Below are positions 19,516 to 30,456 of a DNA stretch of 64,000 nucleotides, piece after piece. The position numbers and the translations under genes were made by a program. This stretch comes from Thermodesulfobacteriota bacterium (lineage in GTDB: Bacteria > Desulfobacterota > Desulfobacteria > Desulfobacterales > C00003060). Under the pieces are notes generated by a model. The model was not told the DNA's origin. It ran no database searches and worked only from the letters and a program-made list of their open reading frames with translations. The DNA is taken from positions 1-64,000 of the forward strand of contig JAXHVD010000002.1 in assembly GCA_034189385.1 (NCBI GenBank). Direction: 5' to 3'. How positions within the stretch are numbered: position 1 is the first letter of the stretch; every line of letters begins with the position of its first letter.

Positions 19516-19621
19516 TTCGGATCAATCACCTCTCATCATTTGTTGGGGCCATTCAGAAGGAATTGGTGGGCAGCAGCCAGTCGTCGTCAGTCGGGCCTCG
19601 ATCTTCGCCTGGCACTCGTGG

Positions 19622-20566
19622 TCAAAATGGGATTCTAAAGCACAATGCCATGGCTTGCTTCCCGTGCAATCTTCGCCCTGACACTTCAAGAACAGCGTGC
19701 TCCTTGAGATACTCTAAGAAATCGTGCTTCTGTTTCCGGTTGTATTTGTGAGCGCTGTTGACAGCGCTGTAGATGTTGCCCGAATAGAGGCCGATCTCAA
19801 AAAAGGTGAGGAGGCCCCCCAGGGCCTCATTGTCGTTGTCAAAGGCCTCCACTGCGGCAAAGATCATGGCGCCATTTAGAACGAAGGAGACCAAGGCGTC
19901 TCGATACCGTTGGCAATAGAGATGGCCCGCCCCCGGGATGATGGATAGCAGACCGGCAGTGGTGGGATTCTTTGTTTTTATGGATTCTTTTTTGTTGATT
20001 TCTTCAGACAACTCTTGGAGCCGGTATGCCTCTCTGTTTTTGGGACTTATTTCATCAAAGGTGGCCTGGGCCTTTTCCCACTCGTCCATCTCAAGGAAGA
20101 TCCATCCCCCCCGGTAGAGGGCTTCATCCCGCACATCTTGGTCCTGCGACACTTTCAGTAGGTCGTTCAATGTGCCAAGGGCCTCATCTGGCTGTCCAAG
20201 TTTGACATGGCACTCCGCTATCTTGAGATAGGATTTCAAAGAGAGCTCTGTGTCAGGATATTCTTGGATGACACGGCTAAAGGCCTCTATCGCCTCCTTG
20301 AATCGCTGGCCTTCAAAGTAGGCCAATCCGATCTTGTACCTTGCCGATTCCACGCGGGGCTCTTTAGGAAAAAAATGGATGAACCGTTCGTACTCACCGA
20401 TGGCCCTGTAGTACTCCCCTTGATGGAAATAGTCATCGGCAAACCCAAACTGATCATCGGCCTTCAGAACTACGGAGGTTTCAGCTAGGATGTCATATGG
20501 AGGTAGGGCACACAGAATCACTGCAAGGAGTATCATGATACCTTTCGCATGCCTCCTATTTCTCAT
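19622..20566 (-). CDS. TPR (BamD/YfiO-like) protein with a C-terminal hydrophobic region
   Basis: TPR repeats; AGLLSIIPGAGHLY. Confidence 0.85.
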   Translation of the reverse strand: MRNRRHAKGIMILLAVILCALPPYDILAETSVVLKADDQFGFADDYFHQGEYYRAIGEYERFIHFFPKEPRVESARYKIGLAYFEGQRFKEAIEAFSRVIQEYPDTELSLKSYLKIAECHVKLGQPDEALGTLNDLLKVSQDQDVRDEALYRGGWIFLEMDEWEKAQATFDEISPKNREAYRLQELSEEINKKESIKTKNPTTAGLLSIIPGAGHLYCQRYRDALVSFVLNGAMIFAAVEAFDNDNEALGGLLTFFEIGLYSGNIYSAVNSAHKYNRKQKHDFLEYLKEHAVLEVSGRRLHGKQAMALCFRIPF

Positions 20567-20978
20567 GGCTCCACCAAAAATCGTTGTTTTCTACCGGGTC
20601 GTAGCACTTCTCTTCTCCCATGAGAAGAATACGCGAAGATCTTTTGATCTCGTCACGACCGCACCGAAGAAGACGATCACAAGTCATGATCCATCCCATG
20701 AAAAAGCCATGTTTTTCAAAAGCGTCCAGGCTGTACTGGGAGCAAGAGGGAACCATGGGGCACTGACTGCCGTCGACGGGGGAGATATACTCTCTATACA
20801 ACCCTACCAAGAACGCCGGCGTATGGGTTGCCTTGGCTGCCGGTCTATCAACGGCGGTCCCGCCCCCTGGTCTTTGCCATGGACCTTTCATGGGATCGCC
20901 CGGGGAGGCATTTCCAGGTGCGGCCCAGCCAGGAAGGAGCAAAAAGAGGAGAAACAAGGTGGTGCCGAGTCTTTTCAT
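20556..20978 (-). CDS. YidD-like membrane insertion efficiency factor domain protein
   Basis: YISP..CPMVPSCSQY..DRLLRC. Confidence 0.85.
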   Translation of the reverse strand: MKRLGTTLFLLFLLLPGWAAPGNASPGDPMKGPWQRPGGGTAVDRPAAKATHTPAFLVGLYREYISPVDGSQCPMVPSCSQYSLDAFEKHGFFMGWIMTCDRLLRCGRDEIKRSSRILLMGEEKCYDPVENNDFWWSHEK

Positions 20979-21009
20979 GGGTGAACATGGCTGGGTCTGC
21001 AAGATTTTC

Positions 21010-22305
21010 TTATTCTCTGATCTTTACGGCCCTGGCATGGGCTGAGAGGCCCTCGATCTCTGCCAGCCGAATAATGTCTGCCCTGTCTTTCTTAAACGCC
21101 TTTTGGGTGTAGTAAACAACACTGGTTCTTTTTGTGAAGTGGCCCACTGAAAGGGCTGAGGCAAAGCGTGCGGTCCCTGCTGTGGGGAGCACGTGGTTTG
21201 GTCCTGCGATGTAGTCCCCTACAGGCTCCGGGGTCTGAGGCCCAAGAAAGACGGCTCCAGCGTTTTCCACACTGCCAAGATACTGGATAGGCTCTTCCAG
21301 ATGAAGCTCCAGGTGCTCAGGGGCAATCTGGTTGGCCAAGTCAAAGGCTGTGACAAGGTCGGGGACTACCATGACAGCGCCGTAAGCCTGGATAGAGGCT
21401 TCAGCAGCGGCCCGCCGCGGAAGGCTTTCTAGCTGCTCTAAAACGGCACGGGACACCGCCTTTGCCAATTCTTGCGAGGGCGTAAGGAAGATGGCCGAGG
21501 CAAGAGGGTCGTGCTCGGCCTGGGATAGAAGGTCTGCCGCAATGTAGGACCCGTTGGCTTTTGCATCTCCAATCACAAGGACCTCGCTAGGTCCTGCGAT
21601 CATGTCAATTCCCACGGTGCCAGATACCATTTTTTTGGCAAGGGTGACATAGATATTGCCCGGCCCCACAATGACGTCCACCCTTGGAATGGTCTCCGTG
21701 CCATAGGCCAGCGCTGCTATGGCCCATGCGCTGCCGGCCTTGTAGATGGTGTCTACGCCGACCCTGTGGGCTGCTGCAAGGAGATGGGGGTTCACCCTAC
21801 CGGTCTTGGTTGGGGGAGTGGTAATACAGAGGTTCTTAACACCAGCAATCTTGGCCGGGATGCACCCCATAAGAACGGAGGAGACCAAAGGCGTTTTTCC
21901 TCCTTGGCCACCGGGTACATACACCCCTGCCGCATTGACGGGCCGAACAAGTTGCCCCAGCATGGTTCCGTCGGCATTTGTGGTAAACCAGGACTGTTCC
22001 ATCTGGCGCCTGTGAAAGGCCTCGATCTGTCTTGCCGCCTTGTTCAGGCTCTGAAGGAACTTCCTGTCTACCTTGCTACGGGCCTTTCTTATTTCTCCTT
22101 GTGTCACCTTCAGCGATCGGGCCGTGATCCTGGGGGCATCAAAACGGTTGATGTAGTCGACTAAGGCCCGGTCCTTTCTTTTTTTCACATCTTCAAGGAT
22201 TTTTCTGACCACTTTGACATCTTTGGTCTTGTAGGCCAGATCCCGTTTTACAATGGCATCCAGCCTTTTTTGGGCCGCTTTTGATGGATAGTTGTATATT
22301 CTCAT
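21010..22305 (-). CDS. hisD: Histidinol dehydrogenase
   Basis: YVPGG, GPGNIYV, IDMIAGPSE, SQAEH, APEH and GPNHVLPT motifs. Confidence 0.97.
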   Translation of the reverse strand: MRIYNYPSKAAQKRLDAIVKRDLAYKTKDVKVVRKILEDVKKRKDRALVDYINRFDAPRITARSLKVTQGEIRKARSKVDRKFLQSLNKAARQIEAFHRRQMEQSWFTTNADGTMLGQLVRPVNAAGVYVPGGQGGKTPLVSSVLMGCIPAKIAGVKNLCITTPPTKTGRVNPHLLAAAHRVGVDTIYKAGSAWAIAALAYGTETIPRVDVIVGPGNIYVTLAKKMVSGTVGIDMIAGPSEVLVIGDAKANGSYIAADLLSQAEHDPLASAIFLTPSQELAKAVSRAVLEQLESLPRRAAAEASIQAYGAVMVVPDLVTAFDLANQIAPEHLELHLEEPIQYLGSVENAGAVFLGPQTPEPVGDYIAGPNHVLPTAGTARFASALSVGHFTKRTSVVYYTQKAFKKDRADIIRLAEIEGLSAHARAVKIRE

Positions 22306-22374
22306 GATCATTCCTCTACGGGCACCCAACGCCTGGGTGTCTGTTTTCTGTCGGCCACCATCTTGGTAAATGGC

Positions 22375-23337
22375 CTATAAGGCGTTGAACAAAGACCGAA
22401 AGTACTCCACGGTCTTGGAAAGACCTTCCTCAAAGGCCACCTGGGTTGTGTATCCCAGGACCTTCTCGGCCACCGTGATGTCGGCCCAGGAGTGGCGAAC
22501 GTCGCCAGGCCTGGGATCGGTGTAAAGGGCTTGCGTGTCTAATCCTGTTATCTGCCGCAAGGTGTCCAGCATCTGGTTCAAGGTGAGCTGGGCGCCACAG
22601 GCCAGATTAATGGTCTTACCTGGGGCATCTTGGGCCTCTATGGCAAGGAGGTTTCCATGGACCACATTGTCGACATAGGTGAAATCACGGGATTGTTCTC
22701 CATCTCCATATACCGTTGGCTGGGTTTCCCTGATAAAGGCCTTGATGAACTTGGGAATGACCGCTGCATACTCCGAATCTGGGTCTTGATGGGGACCAAA
22801 GACATTGAAATAGCGAAGAGAGACAGTTTCAAGGCCATAGAGCTCATAAAAGACACGTAGATAGTGTTCTGCTGTCATCTTCTGCACGGCATAGGGCGAG
22901 AGGGGCTGCGGAGCAATGGTTTCCACCCGTGGAAACCCCGGGGAGTTGCCGTAGATGGCGGAAGAAGAAGCAAAGACCAGACGCTTCACACCTCCGTCCC
23001 GTGCTGCCATTAGGAGGTTTAGAGTTCCGTCAATATTGGCACGGTTTGATTCAAGGGGCAGTGCGATAGACCTTGGAACAGAGGGGATGGCTGCCTGGTG
23101 CAAGACATACTCCACGTCTTGGCAAGCCTTGCGGCAGGTGGCAAGATCTGCCACGTTTCCCTCTAGGACCTCCAGGTTGGCCACCAGATCGCTTGAGAGG
23201 TCGGGAAACCGGAGGTTCTTGCGTTTCCCGGTGGAGAAATCGTCTAGGACTCGTACCTTGTCCCCTTGGCCGAGGAGCACCTGTACAAGATTTGAACCAA
23301 TAAACCCAGCACCACCTGTTACCAGATAATTTGCCAT
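22375..23337 (-). CDS. NAD-dependent UDP-sugar 4-epimerase (WbpP/TviC-like)
   Basis: TGGAGFIG, YAVQK, LRYFNVFGP and SRDFTYV motifs. Confidence 0.92.
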   Translation of the reverse strand: MANYLVTGGAGFIGSNLVQVLLGQGDKVRVLDDFSTGKRKNLRFPDLSSDLVANLEVLEGNVADLATCRKACQDVEYVLHQAAIPSVPRSIALPLESNRANIDGTLNLLMAARDGGVKRLVFASSSAIYGNSPGFPRVETIAPQPLSPYAVQKMTAEHYLRVFYELYGLETVSLRYFNVFGPHQDPDSEYAAVIPKFIKAFIRETQPTVYGDGEQSRDFTYVDNVVHGNLLAIEAQDAPGKTINLACGAQLTLNQMLDTLRQITGLDTQALYTDPRPGDVRHSWADITVAEKVLGYTTQVAFEEGLSKTVEYFRSLFNAL

Positions 23338-23836
23338 GATTGGAGCACGTCCTTTCTGTGCATTCCCTTTTTCTGGTCGTTCATAACTGAACTTTTCCCT
23401 TAATTTTCTGGTAACGTTCAAAAGTTGAGGCAAAGCCTCTTTGCAAGCGGTTAAAAGGATAGAAAGGATCGCTGAACGCCGGCATACAGCCTTTTCCATC
23501 CACACCAATAGTTATGGGGCTACCTAAAGGCATTGGATGCCGAAGAGAAGCGATTCGCCCTATCGGGAAGTTATCTATTCAGACATACACGATGTCACAA
23601 CTTTTAAACGTTACTAATTTTCTTGTCTGTTGCCGGGTTTTTCTTGCCCGCCCCTCCAGGGCCGGAGTAAGATGAGATGATCTAAAGACAGGGCACTGTA
23701 ATGTACGGGGCGTTGATTTGTCAAGTCGCCCCCACAATGGATATGTAGAGATGTCCGAGTCCATGGGATCGGGATCATCAGGCCACCCAGTCTATTCATT
23801 TCCAACCCCTGTGTCAGAGGAAGAGAGTATGGTGAC

Positions 23837-25582
23837 ATGAGAATTCTGCTGATCTACCCCTATCCCCTCTATGACAGAAGCCAAGCGCATGAGGAAGACA
23901 TCAGCGTGGTCCCCATCGGGCTGTATTACATTGGGGCCGTCTTAAGGGAAGAGGGGTATGACGTTGAGATACTAAACTGGTACAGAATACACAAAACCCC
24001 CCAAAGGATAGTCGACACGCTTGTTGAGAAGAAACCTGACATCATCGGCTTTTCCATCTTGAATGCCAACCGCTGGGGCGGGATAGAGATCGCCCAGATC
24101 GCAAAGGAACTCAACCCCAAGGTCAAGATCGTCTTTGGCGGGGTTGCTGCCACCTTTCTGTGGAAGCATTTTTTGACCCATTTTCCCCAGGTGGACTTCG
24201 TTGTCATAGGTGAAGGGGAATATCCCTTTCTGCATTTGGTCAAGGCCGTTGACAGGGGCCGTCATAAGCACCTTAAGGACATCCCTGGGATAGCCTTTAG
24301 AAGGGGAGGAAAGGTCATAAAAACAAAGGCTGCCAAACCCGTTGGCAACCTGGATAAACTCCCCATCCCGGCAAAACACTTTGCCTATCAACACGTGGTC
24401 TCTTCCAGAGGGTGTCCTGGGAAATGCACCTTTTGCGGGAGCCCCAAATTATGGGGGAACAGGACCAGGTTGCGCTCAGCAGAGCACTTCGTCAGGGAGT
24501 TGGAGCTGCTGTACAACAGGGGTATCCGTTTTTTTTACTTCTCCGATGACACATTTACCATTAACGAGAAACGGGTCATTGAGATCTGCAAGAGAATTAT
24601 TGAAAAGGGGCTCAAGATCGTATGGGTGGCCATATCCCGGGCCGACTTGGTAAGCGACGCCATCTTGTACTGGATGAGAAAGGCCGGGTGTACTCAGATA
24701 AGCTATGGTGTGGAGAGCGGATCTGACAAGATAAGGGGGTTGCTGAACAAACGCCTGAAAAGAGATGATATCAAGGCCGCCTTTTCTTTGACCTATCGAT
24801 ACGGCATTCTGGCCCGGGCCTACTTCATCTACGGGTCTCCAGAAGAATCGTGGGAGACCATCGAAGAGACCATTGACTTGATCAAGGAGATAAGGCCTTT
24901 TGTCTGTGTATTCTACATCCTTGAGATATATCCCGGCACCATGCTCTATTCTGATCTTCAGAAGCGCCGCCATGTCACAGATGATGTGTGGCTAGAGAAG
25001 ATAGAAGGTATCTGCTATTTTGAATCCGATGCTGATCTGTCCCAGGAACGTGTCCTGGCCTTTGGCAAGAGGCTTAGGACAGAGTTCTTTGCCAACCTAA
25101 GCCGCTTTGTTGATTCCCTAGATCTTATAGATGAAGAAGAATTCCATGAGATGCATGCTGATTTCTGCTCAAGGCTTGGAATGACCTTGAGTCATGGAGA
25201 CTATGCCCAAAATGAATTTGTTGTGGGCAGGGAAGGGGCGGCGGAGGCCCTATTCAAAAAGGCGTTGACCTATGCTCCTGACCATCGGGCCTATTTGGGG
25301 CTGGGGGTTATCGAACAGAACAGACATGCATACGAAGATGCCGGAAAGATCCTGGCTGAAGGGGTGACACATTTCCCGGACAGCGAAGAGCTGAACCTGT
25401 GTCTTGGAATAAACTACATGAATCTAAGAGGCTATGACAAGGCCCTGGAATGTTTGCTCAAATGTCAAGACTCCGAAGAGACCAGTTATCATATTGCAAG
25501 CTGTTACGGGGCATTGGGTGATCACCAGAAAGAAGAAGCCTTCCTGGAGAAGGGGCGCAGGTTGGCAAAGAGCGCGCGTTGA
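23837..25582 (+). CDS. B12-binding radical SAM protein with C-terminal TPRs
   Basis: SRGCPGKCTFC, GEGE, DDTF, GVESG. Confidence 0.92.
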   Translation: MRILLIYPYPLYDRSQAHEEDISVVPIGLYYIGAVLREEGYDVEILNWYRIHKTPQRIVDTLVEKKPDIIGFSILNANRWGGIEIAQIAKELNPKVKIVFGGVAATFLWKHFLTHFPQVDFVVIGEGEYPFLHLVKAVDRGRHKHLKDIPGIAFRRGGKVIKTKAAKPVGNLDKLPIPAKHFAYQHVVSSRGCPGKCTFCGSPKLWGNRTRLRSAEHFVRELELLYNRGIRFFYFSDDTFTINEKRVIEICKRIIEKGLKIVWVAISRADLVSDAILYWMRKAGCTQISYGVESGSDKIRGLLNKRLKRDDIKAAFSLTYRYGILARAYFIYGSPEESWETIEETIDLIKEIRPFVCVFYILEIYPGTMLYSDLQKRRHVTDDVWLEKIEGICYFESDADLSQERVLAFGKRLRTEFFANLSRFVDSLDLIDEEEFHEMHADFCSRLGMTLSHGDYAQNEFVVGREGAAEALFKKALTYAPDHRAYLGLGVIEQNRHAYEDAGKILAEGVTHFPDSEELNLCLGINYMNLRGYDKALECLLKCQDSEETSYHIASCYGALGDHQKEEAFLEKGRRLAKSAR

Positions 25583-25648
25583 ACTTGAAACCAGATGAGG
25601 ATAGAAGCTTTTTGGGATCCTTATTGCTCAGCGGCCACAGAGTCCGCA

Positions 25649-25701
25649 TTGAAGCCTCCCCGCGGCTTGCCGCGGGGAATGCGCTCGCTTATGCGGTTCA
25701 A
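25649..25701 (-). mobile_element. Minimal 53-bp TTGAA...TTCAA palindromic element
   Basis: Reverse complement TTGAACCGCATAAGCGAGCGCATTCCCCGCGGCAAGCCGCGGGGAGGCTTCAA matches the ends of the 4549 and 35394 copies. Confidence 0.7.
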
Positions 25702-25739
25702 ACCTTTTGATGAATGGGACGGCGTGGCCCACAAAGGCC

Positions 25740-26177
25740 TTAACCTTTTAGCAACAGAATGCTTGATGTGGTCCGGGATAAGGCCTTGCCCGATTCTGAA
25801 GATACCATAGCGTCTCCGATGATGACGGTCCCCCCCTTTTTGAAGACCTTGCCTTCGGCTATGAGGTTTCCTTTTTTGGCCGTGGCAAGAAAGTTGTTTT
25901 TCAGTTCTATGGTGGCTATCCCTTCTCCGGATTTCAGAAGGGTCATGACGGCATGGGCAATCGTCTCACTTGCCATGGCCACGATCAGTCCACCCTGAAC
26001 CACCCCCGCCCCCTGAAGAAATTCGTCTCGAACCGGCATTCTGAAGCGGGCATAGCCATCGTCCAACTGCTCCAACACCATTCCCATGAACTCTAGGAAC
26101 GGATTCATGGACCTGTCCCCTGACTGCAACCGTTTAAGATATTTTGGAAAATCGGGCATCTTCTGTCTCCTTATCAC
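25740..26177 (-). CDS. PaaI-family thioesterase
   Basis: LQGAGVVQGG and TIELKNNFL motifs. Confidence 0.88.
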   Translation of the reverse strand: MIRRQKMPDFPKYLKRLQSGDRSMNPFLEFMGMVLEQLDDGYARFRMPVRDEFLQGAGVVQGGLIVAMASETIAHAVMTLLKSGEGIATIELKNNFLATAKKGNLIAEGKVFKKGGTVIIGDAMVSSESGKALSRTTSSILLLKG

Positions 26178-26284
26178 AAAAATTCTCCGCCTGGTCCGAT
26201 CAAACAGGTTATGATTCTTATCCTTTCACTCACTGGACTCTCCTTTGCGAAAATGGTCCATGTCGCCCGGAAAAGGCTTTCGGC

Positions 26285-26470
26285 TTCACAGTGAATAAGC
26301 CAGGGCATTCTCCACAGGAGAGCTACCGCAGCCCCCGTGCCTTGACTTCGACGAGCTCCATTCGGGCCGAGCCCTTCGGTTATGAGCGGCTCGACTTGAG
26401 CTCGCCGACAAGTCTCAGGGTCGAATGACTCATGGCCGAGGGCAGTCGAGTCGCCACGGGGAGGGTTCAA
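26285..26470 (+). mobile_element. TTGAA...TTCAA family element with nested REP-like insertions
   Basis: Same arms as the 4549 copy; interior has TTCGACGAGCTC...GGGTCGAA palindromes. Confidence 0.7.
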
Positions 26471-26534
26471 TCATAGCCGTTAGTTCTGGAAGATGATACG
26501 AGCATGGTAAAAGAAAAATGGGATCATGATCCGG

Positions 26535-27779
26535 CTATTTTCCAGCAGCTGCGGAACGCCCAGCAAGCCAGCCCGTTGAAAAGGCCGCCTGAAGATTGTA
26601 TCCGCCTGTGTCCGCTTGAATATCAAGAATCTCTCCTGCCATAAAAAGCCCCTCTGTTTGACGGGATTCCATGGTCCTAGGATCGACCTCTCGTGTGTCT
26701 ATGCCTCCTGCCGTGACAATGGCCTCGCTCAAAGGGCGGGACCTGGTCACTTCCACTCGGAAGTCCTTGAGCCATCTCCGTAGACGCTGCCGCTCTTTTG
26801 CAGAGATGTTGCTGGCAGTCCGTTCAGGAGAAATCCCTGTGAGGTCAAGACAAACAGGCACCATTTCATAGGGCAGGAGCCCCCGCAGAAGACTATTGAA
26901 GGGCTCCTTGCTCCGTGCTGCAAAATCGCGAAGGAGCCGAGCGTCGAGCTTCTTCTCGTCGAGCGCTGGTTTGAGGTCTATGGAAAAGACTATGCCATGC
27001 CCCTGTCGCATGGCATCCACGGCTTCACCACTCATGGTGAGAATGACAGGACCAGTAACTCCGAATTCGGTGAAGACGACCTCTCCGAATCCTTCCTCGC
27101 GCTTCTTGCCGTTTACGAGCATCCGTACCTTAACGTTACGGAGATGAAGGCCTGCCATTTTGCCGGCCACATCCCCAGAGGTTTCCAGGGGAACGAGTGC
27201 GGGTCGTATAGGCACCACCTTGTGACCTGCCGATTTTCCGAGGCGGTAGCCGTCTCCCGTTGATCCAGTTGCTGGATAGGAAGCCCCTCCCGTGGTGAGA
27301 ATGACGGCATCACAGGAAAACTTTCTACCACGAGACATTACACCAGTCACTCTTCCGTTGTTTATCAACAGCTTGTCAACAACAGAAGAGGGTTTGATCT
27401 GAACGCGACACCGTTTGAGCCATTTAAGGAGGACATCCAGAACGTCCGAGGCCTTGCCACTAGCAGGAAAAACTCGTCCGCCTCTTTCTGTCACCAGTTC
27501 CAGTCCCAGGGCCTGAAGGAGATCAATGAGGTCGGTATTGAAGAATCGAGAGAAGGCCTGGCGAAGAAAACTGCCCGTCCTTCCAAAATGGGAAATGAAA
27601 TCCGCTGTCATTGCCATATTTGTGATATTGCAGCGGCCCTTGCCCGTAATACAGAGTTTGCGCCCAGGGCGTTTCATCTTTTCAAGCAGAAGCGTATTGG
27701 CTCCTCCTTCGGCAGCTTGCCCAGCCGCCATAAGTCCGGCGGCTCCGCCGCCGATCACAATGATCTTCCGTTTAGTCAT
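26535..27779 (-). CDS. HI0933/YhiN (BaiN-like) flavoprotein
   Basis: GGGAAG, TGKGRCNITN, GSTGDGY and TGGYNLQAA motifs. Confidence 0.95.
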   Translation of the reverse strand: MTKRKIIVIGGGAAGLMAAGQAAEGGANTLLLEKMKRPGRKLCITGKGRCNITNMAMTADFISHFGRTGSFLRQAFSRFFNTDLIDLLQALGLELVTERGGRVFPASGKASDVLDVLLKWLKRCRVQIKPSSVVDKLLINNGRVTGVMSRGRKFSCDAVILTTGGASYPATGSTGDGYRLGKSAGHKVVPIRPALVPLETSGDVAGKMAGLHLRNVKVRMLVNGKKREEGFGEVVFTEFGVTGPVILTMSGEAVDAMRQGHGIVFSIDLKPALDEKKLDARLLRDFAARSKEPFNSLLRGLLPYEMVPVCLDLTGISPERTASNISAKERQRLRRWLKDFRVEVTRSRPLSEAIVTAGGIDTREVDPRTMESRQTEGLFMAGEILDIQADTGGYNLQAAFSTGWLAGRSAAAGK

Positions 27780-27991
27780 GTTGGCTATTGATGAGTTAGA
27801 AAAAAGGTGAAATGGCCATTTGGGCCCAGCCTCAAACAGGGTCTGAGGCAGACGAAGAAACCCACTCATTTGAGTCAGTTCAAATTGCCTGACCGCCGGT
27901 TTACACTGGCAGGACACTTTGTTGCCAAACCATGTTGTCTGTTCGAGAGCAGACCATGATACGCAGATCAACGCCGCGGGTTACTGGTTTT

Positions 27992-28939
27992 TTAGAATAC
28001 CAGACTTATTTGAAGGCCATAAGAGGTCGTATCGTTTTCTGGCTCAAAGTATCCAAATACAGGAGAAGGGTCTCCATAGGATTTCGGCAGCACAAAGAAT
28101 TCAGTCTCTGATTGATCGATATCCCAATATCTTATGAACGGCTCGATAGAGAAAGCATAATGGTCGGCAAGTCTCCTGTTGAACCGGAGGGAAAACCTTA
28201 GCCCAAATCCTGAATCCTGGTCAAGCTCGGGGATGGAAAAGGCATACCTCCCTTCAACCTTGCCGTCCCAGAAGAGGTCATATTCCAGAGTTAGCCCCCA
28301 GGTCCAGTTGTCCGACAAGGGGCTATGGGTCATGAAACCGATAGGAGAGTACCAGTAGGATATCTCTCTTTTAGAGCTTTCAATCACGAGCTCATCGTAA
28401 ACAGAGCCTTCCAAATGATCATTCAAATAGCGGTAACCAATGCCTAGAAAGGGAGTTACTACATGTTTACTCCTGATGAGGCAATCATAACCGATCAACC
28501 ACCGACATTCCACCTTCCAGTCCACCGCGTCTGTCCTGTCGGGAGTGACGCTCTCAGAGAAGTCCCTGTAGTCTACATAGGCACCATCATAGTTGAGGTC
28601 ACCCCTGCTGTATTCAAGACCCACATGAATCATTGTCTTGTTATGGTAGGTATAGCTTCCACTGATTCCGTACATGGGGCCGTCCATTTCTACATTTACG
28701 CTATCCTCGTCATATTCAAAATAGGCGGCTACGAGGCCAATTTGAAAGGCGTGCCTGGAAGCCGTCGACTCAGTCTTTTCTGCAAAAGCTGATGAGGACA
28801 AGAACAGAAGAAAAAGCCCTGTCAATAAGGAGATACTCAAAACAGCCTTCTCGTGGTCTCTGTTTCCTCTCATGTTTCCATCGCTTGTTAAGCTTTTTTG
28901 CAAGCTGTATTCTTGCTCAGTTTCTAAACCCAGCTCCAA
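27992..28939 (-). CDS. Outer-membrane beta-barrel protein, type A
   Basis: Signal peptide, TPFLGIGYRY, YWYSPIG, terminal Phe; paralogue of 30968; start uncertain. Confidence 0.85.
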   Translation of the reverse strand: MELGLETEQEYSLQKSLTSDGNMRGNRDHEKAVLSISLLTGLFLLFLSSSAFAEKTESTASRHAFQIGLVAAYFEYDEDSVNVEMDGPMYGISGSYTYHNKTMIHVGLEYSRGDLNYDGAYVDYRDFSESVTPDRTDAVDWKVECRWLIGYDCLIRSKHVVTPFLGIGYRYLNDHLEGSVYDELVIESSKREISYWYSPIGFMTHSPLSDNWTWGLTLEYDLFWDGKVEGRYAFSIPELDQDSGFGLRFSLRFNRRLADHYAFSIEPFIRYWDIDQSETEFFVLPKSYGDPSPVFGYFEPENDTTSYGLQISLVF

Positions 28940-28966
28940 ATTCTGCTATTTTCTCAAACAACCATC

Positions 28967-29815
28967 TCAGAAGAGATGATAGAAGGCCAAACCTATCTGT
29001 ATCCCTTCGCTTGAGTCAAAACGAAGGTCCATGTCCTTGCGCCGAACAGGAGAGTCTATTTCAAAGCCTATCAGTGGGATTGCATAGAAATTCCCATAAA
29101 TGCGGATATGGCTTCGGACCCCCATAACGTAAGTCTCGTAGCTGCTGAGAGTGTCCGTAGACTTGTGAAAGGAGACTTCTAAAAAGGGCACCAAGGTCAG
29201 TCTATCATTTAGTTCCTTTTCTGCGCCAATGCCGAGCACATGAGTGTCTCTCTCGCCGTGATTTCGGATTGTCAGCTCGTATGTGGCATAAGGACGCACG
29301 CCTTGTCCGATAGTGGTACTTGCAGCGACAAAAGGGCTTATGTCAGTGGCTCCAGTGCCGAATTGGTCTTCTGATGCCGTGTCTAGCTTGAGGCCGAGGC
29401 CAGCTACCAACGTAAAGGGCTTCTCCTTTTCACTAAAGAGTTCACACTTGGTACCGAAGGAGATGTCGCCAAAACCGTCCCTCCTGTGATCGGTGCTCCC
29501 GGCAGGCAGCACATAGTATCTAGCCCTGGTTTTCACCGAAAAGGCATAGGGGATAGAAGCCTCCACCTGAAATCCGTGGCCCAGTCCTAGGCCGAGGGAA
29601 CATTCCAAAAACGACAGGTTGAGCGTGCTTTTTGCAGTGGCCGAAATTGGGGGCGGAGAATAGAAGTGCAGGTATCCGCGGGCATAAGTAAAACTGGCTT
29701 CCGCTTCCGCTTCCCTTTTTGAAAGCACGTCGGTTATCAAGAGTTTCTCTGCTCCATAGGACGTCATTGAGATGAGCAACATCGGAAAAACTAGCCCTGC
29801 GATTATCCTTATCAT
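28967..29815 (-). CDS. Outer-membrane beta-barrel 'transporter' (SphA/MetA-pathway-like), type B
   Basis: GFGDI and FGTGATD motifs, terminal Phe; paralogue of 31956. Confidence 0.8.
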   Translation of the reverse strand: MIRIIAGLVFPMLLISMTSYGAEKLLITDVLSKREAEAEASFTYARGYLHFYSPPPISATAKSTLNLSFLECSLGLGLGHGFQVEASIPYAFSVKTRARYYVLPAGSTDHRRDGFGDISFGTKCELFSEKEKPFTLVAGLGLKLDTASEDQFGTGATDISPFVAASTTIGQGVRPYATYELTIRNHGERDTHVLGIGAEKELNDRLTLVPFLEVSFHKSTDTLSSYETYVMGVRSHIRIYGNFYAIPLIGFEIDSPVRRKDMDLRFDSSEGIQIGLAFYHLF

Positions 29816-30094
29816 GAACCTTTTCCTCTGCCATGATCATGCTGAAATGGCGAGCCCATACTCTTCTGCCTGAAAGAGGGTGACTGTTAGTAACTTCCCA
29901 GAGAGAAGTCAATAAGATTCTTAAGTTATGTAACCAATAGATGGTGACCGTTGACCATGTGGGCCCGTTACGTCGTCGTTTTAGAGAGGTAGGCAAAGAC
30001 GGATACCGTTGTGGGGGAATTTCGGGTCCCTGGCGTTTCCTACCAAAACACGTTTTGGCAGGCCTGGGCCAGCCAGAAGCAAATGGTGTCCGCT

Positions 30095-30249
30095 TGGCCA
30101 GTTGCCCAAACCGGGCTTCCCTTTGATCTGTTCATTGAGGCCTTTTCGGCTGCTACATCTTGGCGAATCCGCCGGAGGCGGACTGGAACAGCCCCGGTTT
30201 CTTAGAAGAGAGTTGAGAATAGGCAGAAGGACATTTGGACAACAGCCCG
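30095..30249. mobile_element. Diverged relative of the 196-bp MITE; a solo end also occurs at 30804-30819
   Basis: GTTGCCCAAACCG...TTTGGACAACAGCCCG; contains an ATCCGCC-GGA-GGCGGA hairpin. Confidence 0.65.
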
Positions 30250-30456
30250 TTGACATGGCACTCAAGGCTGTGTATTTTGCATCGACCATGGGGAGGCCTG
30301 TATGGTGTTGCACCATCAATGATGCCCGTGCCTGACATTTGTATGAAGATCCTTACCAGGCGAATGTATGTAGCTCAAAGGGACGCTACCCCTTATCCCA
30401 AAATGATGACAGGAAAAGAGCCGTTGAAAAAGGGCGGGCAGGAGAGGTGAATAACC

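Noticed and set aside
27790..27971. N-terminal extension of the HI0933 flavoprotein, and similar long starts at 23508, 34194 and 56447
   Set aside because: Family homology begins at downstream ATGs; the extensions are ORF-caller artefacts.
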